Virus record (IMG/VR): IMGVR_UViG_3300033069_001715 | Reading direction: 5' to 3' (one strand) | DNA from: an uncultured virus (IMG/VR IMGVR_UViG_3300033069_001715) | Lineage: Duplodnaviria; Heunggongvirae; Uroviricota; Caudoviricetes | DNA: 64,000 nt | Shown: in pieces, positions 28,151-35,905 of the stretch | How positions within the stretch are numbered: position 1 is the first letter of the stretch | How the letters are laid out: every line of letters begins with the position of its first letter | Program-made: the position numbers and the translations under genes | The notes under the pieces: model-generated | What the model saw: the letters and a program-made list of their open reading frames with translations, nothing else | The model's database searches: none | What the model was told of the DNA's origin: nothing

Positions 28151-29116
28151 TTAAGAGCGATTTAGGACTTCGCCGCCCAAATGAATTTCAGGGAATTGTT
28201 CAATGACGGCTGAGGCCGATACCTTGCCATCGATAACGTCTTGCTTCTCCGACGCCCGAGGTTCGAAGCGATACTGGGCAACATCAAGTCCTGTCTGCTC
28301 GATGTACGCCATAGACCGCTCATCACTTCGAGCAACGCTCTGGAAGCTCTTCATAGCTGTAACAACCTCGTCGATCCATCGCTGTTCCTTAGGTCCGCTA
28401 TCGCCCTTTTCCGCGCTGCGGATAGCAGTGTAACCCTCTAGGATTCCCCGAGCGTCAAAGCGTGTTGGCTGGTGGATGGTGGCGAAGATAGCCGCCTGGG
28501 TTGTGATATTGCGTCTGGTAGCAGCTTCAAGGTATCCAAGCACTTCATCATCAGTTTGAAGCGGAATACTGCGACTAAGTCCGTGCACAACCTGATGCAA
28601 GACCTTAGCACCGCCGAAGTATCCAAAATAGCGTGCCAGCAGCGCCGGGTTGAGGCTATCTAAACCCGATTGGAATACTGGGCCCAAAACGTGAGTTGAG
28701 ATGTACTGAATGTTTTCCAATCGATCGCGAACATCAAAGCATAGATCGCTGAAGACAGTGACTTCGCCGGTTGTGAGCCCAAACTCCTGGGCCACCTCTT
28801 CGATGGTGAGTTCTGTAAGGAGATACGCCTGAAGCGATATGCCCGATAGATTGTTTCGGTTTCTCCAAAACTCCATCGGTCTAGCGATATCAGGGAATCG
28901 CTCCATCAGAACAAGATCAGCATCCACATCAGTGTAACCTGACTGGAGCATTACGGATTCGGCTCGAAGATAGGTAGCTAGTCGAGCTACAAGAGGATCT
29001 CGCATCTTGGCCCGACGGCTAACGGATTGACCGTCAGCCATGCGGGTAGCCAAGTTTACTCTCCAGTGCGGATCTCTGTGCCAACGATCTCGCTGACTAA
29101 CTTCTACTTTGGACAC
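28151..29116 (-). CDS. Hypothetical protein with HTH-like segment
   Basis: LTIEEVAQEFGLTTGEVTVF resembles a helix-turn-helix. Confidence 0.55.
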   Translation of the reverse strand: MSKVEVSQRDRWHRDPHWRVNLATRMADGQSVSRRAKMRDPLVARLATYLRAESVMLQSGYTDVDADLVLMERFPDIARPMEFWRNRNNLSGISLQAYLLTELTIEEVAQEFGLTTGEVTVFSDLCFDVRDRLENIQYISTHVLGPVFQSGLDSLNPALLARYFGYFGGAKVLHQVVHGLSRSIPLQTDDEVLGYLEAATRRNITTQAAIFATIHQPTRFDARGILEGYTAIRSAEKGDSGPKEQRWIDEVVTAMKSFQSVARSDERSMAYIEQTGLDVAQYRFEPRASEKQDVIDGKVSASAVIEQFPEIHLGGEVLNRS

Positions 29117-29128
29117 TGTCCACCGCCG

Positions 29129-29329
29129 TTAAGCCTCAGATTCTCCAGAAGGAGCTTCAATGAGGCCGGTTACTTCATCTATCATCGCGCCAGGAAACAT
29201 TCTCTCCAGCAACACCAGCCACTGCTGACGCTCGTTCTTCGCCTTCTCGCCGTCGATAATCGCCTGGTTGCACCTTTGAAGGGCAACACAAATAGGCTCG
29301 GGGATTTGGACTACTTTATGTGCTGGCAT
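29129..29329 (-). CDS. Small hypothetical protein
   Basis: 66 aa with a GGAG-like RBS, overlapping the upstream ORF end. Confidence 0.5.
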   Translation of the reverse strand: MPAHKVVQIPEPICVALQRCNQAIIDGEKAKNERQQWLVLLERMFPGAMIDEVTGLIEAPSGESEA

Positions 29330-30015
29330 CGTGCCACCGCAACTTCTGTTCTTGCCAACACACCGTCACAGTAGATCCCGCCTGGGTCTTTGGTTGTTAG
29401 CTCAACCAGCTGTCCGAGCTTGCCAACGTCACTAACCAGCGGGAGCATCCAGTTACCGTCTCGCTCTCGCATACCATCAAACGCCGCGTTACCAGCAGCT
29501 ACCTTACAGCTTCGGAAAGGCATCGTCCGAACTATCTCGGCGTAGCTAGTCCAGATCTCATCGTCGCGGTACGGCAAGGCATCAACGAGTGTTGCCTTTG
29601 GTTCTTCAGCGTGCCAACCATGTGGAACAAATATCAAACAGCTTCGGTCAATTTGATCAGCCCTCACCCAGTGCGGCGCTGAATAGAGCCGCACTGGTAG
29701 TGGCTTGAGATACGGCATCGGCAATTCCATGGACGCGATCCGACGGCGAATCAAAATCATCGCCGAGCATGGAGCAAGCGTCGACCAGGAAACACCTGGG
29801 TAATTGAACTTCAAACCCTTGACCGAGCGGTCAATCAGGTTCACCCTCAAAATCTGGTTGAGCCCCAAACGTCCTTCAACAAATACCGGCCTGTTCTTAT
29901 CGAAATCCTTCAGCACCGTCTCAAGGGTCATAGACTGAGTCTCGCCCTTGCCATTGGTCATCTTAACGTCACAGTTAATCCAGCCAGTTACGTTCTTTAC
30001 AGATACTTGGGTCAC
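29311..30015 (-). CDS. Stand-alone degenerate Hint(intein)-like protein
   Basis: WVRADQIDRSCLIFVP and GQLVELTTKDPGGIYCDGVLART resemble intein blocks, but the catalytic TxxH and HN are absent. Confidence 0.45.
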   Translation of the reverse strand: MTQVSVKNVTGWINCDVKMTNGKGETQSMTLETVLKDFDKNRPVFVEGRLGLNQILRVNLIDRSVKGLKFNYPGVSWSTLAPCSAMILIRRRIASMELPMPYLKPLPVRLYSAPHWVRADQIDRSCLIFVPHGWHAEEPKATLVDALPYRDDEIWTSYAEIVRTMPFRSCKVAAGNAAFDGMRERDGNWMLPLVSDVGKLGQLVELTTKDPGGIYCDGVLARTEVAVARCQHIK

Positions 30016-30042
30016 TTGAGCAGTCCCTATGTGTAGCGTTGG

Positions 30043-30411
30043 TTACAACCCGCATCGAACTCTGACCCGAATGTTTCTGGCACCCTTGGTTCGTAGGACA
30101 AACTTCCACAGAAGATCGTTGGCGATGACGTTGTCTTCGACAGGCTCGGCCTGAGCAGTAAATGTTTTGTAAACCTGCCAGGAGAAGCCGCCGTCGATCG
30201 ATCGCATCATGTCCAAGGCAAAGCCGCCAGCCGGTGCTCCACCTTCTTCAGCAATCGACAAGGCAATGCTTCTCGCACTACCCGCACCAGGAAGAAACAG
30301 TGTTGGATCTGTTTCAGCACCGGCGGCCGAGAGCAACTGATTGATCGAGGGCATTGACGCCTGGAGAATCGAATCGGTTGCTGGGTTGTGGGGTAATTGT
30401 GCTGCCACCAT
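30043..30411 (-). CDS. Small beta-sandwich structural protein
   Basis: MRSIDGGFSWQ motif, beta-rich. Confidence 0.5.
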   Translation of the reverse strand: MVAAQLPHNPATDSILQASMPSINQLLSAAGAETDPTLFLPGAGSARSIALSIAEEGGAPAGGFALDMMRSIDGGFSWQVYKTFTAQAEPVEDNVIANDLLWKFVLRTKGARNIRVRVRCGL

Positions 30412-30412
30412 G

Positions 30413-32779
30413 TTAGATATCCGCTGAAGCTGTCATACGAAGGTCAGTGCCCACCGAAACACTTCGGTTAAAGAGCTGAACGAGTAGTTTCCCTGCACCT
30501 GACAATTGCGTCAACAACTGCTCTTCCATTTCATCAGCGTCATCTACCCCATAACTCTCGGAAAACTCCTCTCCGTGAGCCAAAAGCAAAAAGCGTGCCC
30601 GTCCTACGGTATCGCAAGATTTTAGTAGTCCGCTGAGCAGTCTTTCTCGTTCAACCGAGGTGTTCACGTGATTTACCATCGAAGTGAACATCTCATTGTC
30701 GAAAATATAGTGCGGATCTTCAGCCATTTGCTCGGCCTCAGCCTTCTCTCGGTGGTCCATCACTTTAGGCTGGGTATATGGCGATTCCTCACTGCTCCAA
30801 GGTGCTTGGTGCTGATTGGCGAACTGCATTGTGTTCGAAGGGATCTCTTCGTTGACGCCGTGCTCGGACTGAATCGGAATGTGATAGCCTTCTTGCCCGT
30901 CAGCTGGACTACTTGGTTCAGCGAACGAGTAATCCGGATCTCGAAGCGAGTAGGCCTGCTTGACCCCACTGGCGATATCCAGCGGAGTTGTTCCCGGATC
31001 AATGATGGCAAACGTCTTGGCCACTCCACTGGACGAATCAACGATCTCCATGGCAGCGGTCTTAGATAGTCCGCTGACCATCAAACTCATGACGGCGTTA
31101 CCCTGCTCAACGATCTTGCCGTTGACTTCCAAGTGCTTGCTGCTGATTCGGCTAACAGTGAAAGAGGCCTTCTTGGCCAGCGATGAAAGATCCAGTGAAG
31201 ACAGCGGCATTACCGTTAGTGTCTTCACATCCTTGTACTCGCTTCCCTCTTCGGATGTGTAACCAAGCGGGTAATACTTGGTGTCCTTGGGAACGCGGAG
31301 GATGTCGGCGTCTGGTCGCTTGATAATGCGGTTACTGGTCAGCTCGCCAGTTGTGTCAACGCTCACCTGATCGATGTTGGGCTCATTGTTCTTCTTGGCT
31401 GAGCTTCGGTGCACCATTCGCTCAAGCTTGCCCTGAGTTGAGAGGTGCAGGTAGCGAACATTGAACACCATACCCTCTTCGTCTCGCTCCAAACGACAAG
31501 GCTCACTGATCTTTCCGTTGGCATAAACAATGATCGCTGGAACAGCCTTGTCACCAGGCTTGATACTCGAAAGCAACTTGAGCTTCTCACCAGATAGTAA
31601 GTGCTCTTTGAATTCCGATGGGTCCAGCAGCTTCTCACCCTGCTTAGCTGCCAGTTCAGAAGTGGCCACACAAGCAACTGCGCCGCTGCTCGAATCGATG
31701 ACAATACAGCTAGTCGCAGATCCGCTGAATGGCTGAATATCCTCAGGGCGATAAACAATCAGCTTCTTCTCAGTTCCGTCGACCATCGCAACATCGTAGG
31801 TGCTTGAGAACACCGGCGACATGTACGAACGTGTCATGTCCAGCACGCCCATCGCCAGCTTTGAGACAGCGCTGTCGCGATAGTCCTCAATGCAAAGCCC
31901 GTACTTGGCTATTTCTGCCACCGCCTGTGAAAGGTCAGTCCGAGTAGCCTGAGAAGCCAATTTGAATGCTGCAACCTTAGGTGTTGCAACTTGCGACTGA
32001 GAATGCAGTGAAACATTGTCGGTGATGGATAGATCCAGCGATGGCCGAGAGGCTGTCTTGAGATTCTGAGCCAGCGACTGTTCGAACTTCTTGAGGTTAT
32101 CGTCCCAATCAGAACCTAGAGCAGCAGCCATCTTAGCTGCGAACTTAGGGCTATGTGCAGCAGCTGCGCGGACAAATGCTCGGGCACCATCATGTGCTAG
32201 AAGCTCAACCCATTTAGGAGCTGGAAGACTAGCCTTCTTGGTTCCGTCATAGAGTGCTGAAGTCCAAGGATCGTCGATGATCGATTTGAGGATATTGATC
32301 GCCGACTGCTTGGTCATGAAACGGTTTTGATCCGAGAACGGACGAACATTCATAACGGTCTTGCGATTACGACTGGTGCTGGTCAGCGGTCCTTCCTCGC
32401 CTAGGCGAACGCCTCGCTGACGAAGAATGAACTCAAAGACTTCGGGTTCGGCCGGAAGAAACAGTTTGGCGTCTCGAAGGAACAGCATTTCGTGCCCCTT
32501 CACCTTACCGTCTATGACGAACATAGGTACGTCAACAATGGTTCCGTTGACATTGAACACGAAGAAGCCAGCCACAAACTTTCCATCCTCGCTCTTATCC
32601 AAAAGCGATAGACCGGCAAAGTACTGCATGGCGTCGGGGAGCTGTTCTTGCAGAATGCTCATTCCCACCTTAGCCAAAACCTGTTCGTAACCGCGTTCGC
32701 TCGTCGGACCGCCAGCGGTCTTGAGGGTGTTGCGAATAACTTCAGAGTAGTCCTTGCGGACAAGTGCAATTGTTGCCAC
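30413..32779 (-). CDS. Large head/core protein of unknown function
   Basis: 788 aa, >10 K-x-A motifs, within the structural operon. Confidence 0.6.
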   Translation of the reverse strand: MATIALVRKDYSEVIRNTLKTAGGPTSERGYEQVLAKVGMSILQEQLPDAMQYFAGLSLLDKSEDGKFVAGFFVFNVNGTIVDVPMFVIDGKVKGHEMLFLRDAKLFLPAEPEVFEFILRQRGVRLGEEGPLTSTSRNRKTVMNVRPFSDQNRFMTKQSAINILKSIIDDPWTSALYDGTKKASLPAPKWVELLAHDGARAFVRAAAAHSPKFAAKMAAALGSDWDDNLKKFEQSLAQNLKTASRPSLDLSITDNVSLHSQSQVATPKVAAFKLASQATRTDLSQAVAEIAKYGLCIEDYRDSAVSKLAMGVLDMTRSYMSPVFSSTYDVAMVDGTEKKLIVYRPEDIQPFSGSATSCIVIDSSSGAVACVATSELAAKQGEKLLDPSEFKEHLLSGEKLKLLSSIKPGDKAVPAIIVYANGKISEPCRLERDEEGMVFNVRYLHLSTQGKLERMVHRSSAKKNNEPNIDQVSVDTTGELTSNRIIKRPDADILRVPKDTKYYPLGYTSEEGSEYKDVKTLTVMPLSSLDLSSLAKKASFTVSRISSKHLEVNGKIVEQGNAVMSLMVSGLSKTAAMEIVDSSSGVAKTFAIIDPGTTPLDIASGVKQAYSLRDPDYSFAEPSSPADGQEGYHIPIQSEHGVNEEIPSNTMQFANQHQAPWSSEESPYTQPKVMDHREKAEAEQMAEDPHYIFDNEMFTSMVNHVNTSVERERLLSGLLKSCDTVGRARFLLLAHGEEFSESYGVDDADEMEEQLLTQLSGAGKLLVQLFNRSVSVGTDLRMTASADI
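31863..31878. repeat. 16-bp near-palindrome, copy 5
   Basis: GAGACAGCGCTGTCGC exact, inside a CDS (RDSAVS). Confidence 0.95.
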
Positions 32780-32799
32780 GGAGCAAATCCTTGAGCGAG

Positions 32800-34452
32800 C
32801 TACGACTTTTTGACTAATTGGTCTAGGAAGGAGCCGGGTTGGAACTCCGCTAGAGCCATTCGGTACGGTGATGATATTCCATCCTTGACAGGTGAGGATG
32901 GAATTCGAGGTGCTGGAGCCGGTGCAGGTTTAGGTGCGGCGGCTAGTTGCTGCGGCGCAGGTTGTGCCGGCGCAGGCGGTGCTACCGGCTGAGGCGCAGG
33001 TGGTCGTGGCGGCTGAGCATAAAACTGCTGCTGAGGGACCGGCATCTGAGGCTGCATGCCTACGTTGGCGGGATACGCCGACTGCAGGATCTTGTCACCT
33101 ATCACATTGGCACCCAAGTTCGCTGCCTGGTCTGCACCGAGTCTAAGTGCCGCCGGGCCATACTTTCCAAGGATCTTTGCTCCCTTGAACGCATCACCAG
33201 CAAACGGTATCGCAGCAACGCCGTTAACGCCAGCTTCAACCAAGTGCCGAGTTGCTTCGGCTTTGTCACCCATCGCGTAGTTAACACCAGAACGGGCAAG
33301 CGATACACCTGAGTTCACTAGGTCAGGGATGGCGCCAATACCAGGGATGAACCCGGCTACATTGAGTCCATTCTGAAGCCAATCCATTGCTGTCGAACCC
33401 CAACCAGCTTCTTTAGCCAACGCCTGCGCCATCTTCCTTCGCATTGACGCAGCGTTGCTCATGAACGCTTGAGGATTAGCTTGCGGTGAATTGGGATTCT
33501 GAACGCTTGAGCCAATGAACTGCGAAAGCGTTTGTCCGGCCATAGCTGGGTTCATGCTTGTAGCGTGCTGATGCTGAGCCTGCACTCGCTGAGCAGTCTG
33601 ATTGACCGTATCGAGCGTGAGATCTGCGTCGGGGTTCTGCTGCTCAGCCAATCCAACAACAGCAGCGCCATCAGGCGTGCTCTTCATACGCTTGATCTCA
33701 GCCTTTTGCTGATTTTGCTCCCAGTCCATCATCTTGTCCTGAGCTTCAGCGTGCAGAAGCATCTTCTGAGCTTCTCGAAGCTGGTTGTAGTCTGGACGGG
33801 TGAATTCTGGAGCTGTTCCACTAACCTGAGGCGTTTGTGATGGCTGAGGCTGAGCTGGTTGCGGTTGCTGCGGCTGAGGAGCTTGCGGCATCCCTGCTTG
33901 CACGTTTGCGAGCTTGAAGAACGCACCAGCTTTGTAGCTCATGCCTTCGATAGCTGGATCAACGTTAGGACGCGTCGTTAGCGGGGCATTGGCGTAGAAG
34001 CCCTGTGGAGCTTGCGATTGCGGCGAGCTGGCACCCATTCGACCAACAAAGTCGAATAACGGCTGAAGCATACCACCCCCGCCACCCCCGCCTTGTTGCC
34101 CCTGTGCCATTAGCTGATCATTGAGCAAAGCCTGCTGCTGGTTGGCCATCATCAAGTTCATGTGATCGCCTTGGAGCTGATTGATCTGCTCCTGATTACC
34201 ACGATTCATAAAGGCAGCACCGCCCAAACCCGCACCGGCAGCAAGTACCGGCATCTGAGCTTTTCGCAGTCCCTTGTCGACCGCCTTAGAAACTTCTCGG
34301 TAGCCACGAATAGCCTTCCGTCCGCCAATCGCATTGAGGCCCGCGTTGAACGTTCTTGAGGCGTTGCCCATGATGCCGCGACCAGACTTCCAAATGCTTC
34401 CAGCTACCTTTTGCGTCAGCTGGCGGCGAACACTTTCAATTTTTGTCGTCAT
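32800..34452 (-). CDS. Gln/Pro-rich virion protein with pre-toxin TG-like domain
   Basis: LNVAGFIPGIGAIPDLVNSGVS...AAIPFAGDAFKGAK; no Cys. Confidence 0.65.
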   Translation of the reverse strand: MTTKIESVRRQLTQKVAGSIWKSGRGIMGNASRTFNAGLNAIGGRKAIRGYREVSKAVDKGLRKAQMPVLAAGAGLGGAAFMNRGNQEQINQLQGDHMNLMMANQQQALLNDQLMAQGQQGGGGGGGMLQPLFDFVGRMGASSPQSQAPQGFYANAPLTTRPNVDPAIEGMSYKAGAFFKLANVQAGMPQAPQPQQPQPAQPQPSQTPQVSGTAPEFTRPDYNQLREAQKMLLHAEAQDKMMDWEQNQQKAEIKRMKSTPDGAAVVGLAEQQNPDADLTLDTVNQTAQRVQAQHQHATSMNPAMAGQTLSQFIGSSVQNPNSPQANPQAFMSNAASMRRKMAQALAKEAGWGSTAMDWLQNGLNVAGFIPGIGAIPDLVNSGVSLARSGVNYAMGDKAEATRHLVEAGVNGVAAIPFAGDAFKGAKILGKYGPAALRLGADQAANLGANVIGDKILQSAYPANVGMQPQMPVPQQQFYAQPPRPPAPQPVAPPAPAQPAPQQLAAAPKPAPAPAPRIPSSPVKDGISSPYRMALAEFQPGSFLDQLVKKS

Positions 34453-34460
34453 TGGAATCC

Positions 34461-35897
34461 CTACAATCGTCGACGAATTGGTGCAGGATTAGCTGCTAAT
34501 GTTGGTACACCCGGAGCTGGTGCTGGAGTTGGCATCTTAACCTGTGAAGATGTCGGAGGACCGCCACCCAACTGCGACCTTGGCATCGAACCTGTCGGCT
34601 GAGGCGGAGCGAGAGTTGGCGTTCCACTTACTGGTGTAGCTGCGGTTGGTTGCGGCGGTGCCAATGTCGGTGTCCCGGTCTTTGGCTTCTCCAGAATCGA
34701 ATGTAAGCCTGGTGTTTCAGGTAAAGACTCAGGCGGCGGCGCCAGTGTTGGCGTTCCTGCCTGTGGCTTCTCAATAATTGATTGCATACCCGGTGTCTCT
34801 GTACTTGTCGGAGATAACTGATCAATGGCAGTCTGCACACCTGGAATCTTACCTGGGTCCATAGCAGGATTTAATGCTCCAGGAGTTGGCGATGCAGGCG
34901 GCAACGCTGTTGTTGGACCAGTTCCAGCTGGCGACTGCGGAAGCGAACGACCTACTGTTGGAGTTGGACCTGGGGTGTTACCGAATAGTCGATCCCAGAA
35001 TCCTCGGTAGCCCTGGCCGAGACTCTTGGCCCCGTTGTACACATTCTTTGCCATTCCTAGCGCACTAAACGGATTGGATGGTCCAAATATGGAACTTAGT
35101 CCGTGTCCAATCGCACCCCATGTGCTCCCTGCTGCGTTGTTAATTGAATTGCCAACCGCATTCAATCCCTTTAGACCCATGGCAGCTCCTCCTATTCCAG
35201 GAATAGCCTGACCAGCCGCAGATCCTAGAGCGCCCCAGCCCGCAGCGGGCACGTTTCCGGCAACACGACCGAGTTGACTTCCGAGAGTGCTCAAACCGTC
35301 TACACCACTGGCGACGTTGCTAGCAAGTCCCTGAGCACCCTGACCGATAGCGTTGTACGCGGCATTCTGAAGCCCCTGATAACCGTTCATCGCGTTGACA
35401 GCCCCGCTACCTAGAGCTGTTCCAGCAGAGTTCAAAGCACCGCCGACAGCCTTCGCACCACCAGCAACATTGTTGACCAAACCTTGAGCACCCTGGCCAA
35501 TCGCCTGTGTAGCCTGGTTACCTAGATTCTGAGCACCCTGATACGCATTAACCATTCCGTTGGATAAGTTGCCAACCATGTTGTTGTAGCCCTGGCCAAC
35601 TTGGCTTCCGAAGTTCTGAGCTTTCTGTAGTGCCGCATTAGCCTGGGCACCGACTTGGCCTGCTCGCTGGAAAACTGGGTCAACAACATACTGATTGGTC
35701 GCCTGACCTGCGTCACCCATCGCCTTGTTGCCCAGCTGACCTAGAAGATCGCCATAACCTACTTCAGCCTGCTTGCTGTTCATGTCACGACGCATGGCAG
35801 CAAGGGTGATTCTTCGAGCAGCCTCTCGAACGGCCGGATCGTTTGTTCGGCACATAACACGAGTAGCTGCGGAGGCGATTTTTACATTGGATTGCAT
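34461..35897 (-). CDS. Gly/Ala/Gln-rich low-complexity virion protein
   Basis: AIGQGAQGL and GTPTLAPP repeats; N-terminal KIAS/KQAE. Confidence 0.6.
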   Translation of the reverse strand: MQSNVKIASAATRVMCRTNDPAVREAARRITLAAMRRDMNSKQAEVGYGDLLGQLGNKAMGDAGQATNQYVVDPVFQRAGQVGAQANAALQKAQNFGSQVGQGYNNMVGNLSNGMVNAYQGAQNLGNQATQAIGQGAQGLVNNVAGGAKAVGGALNSAGTALGSGAVNAMNGYQGLQNAAYNAIGQGAQGLASNVASGVDGLSTLGSQLGRVAGNVPAAGWGALGSAAGQAIPGIGGAAMGLKGLNAVGNSINNAAGSTWGAIGHGLSSIFGPSNPFSALGMAKNVYNGAKSLGQGYRGFWDRLFGNTPGPTPTVGRSLPQSPAGTGPTTALPPASPTPGALNPAMDPGKIPGVQTAIDQLSPTSTETPGMQSIIEKPQAGTPTLAPPPESLPETPGLHSILEKPKTGTPTLAPPQPTAATPVSGTPTLAPPQPTGSMPRSQLGGGPPTSSQVKMPTPAPAPGVPTLAANPAPIRRRL

Positions 35898-35905
35898 GTT
35901 TTTTC

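Noticed and set aside
30413..32779. Calling the 788-aa protein the portal
   Set aside because: No recognisable portal motifs; the many K-x-A sites fit a processed core protein better. No portal or terminase was identified in the window.
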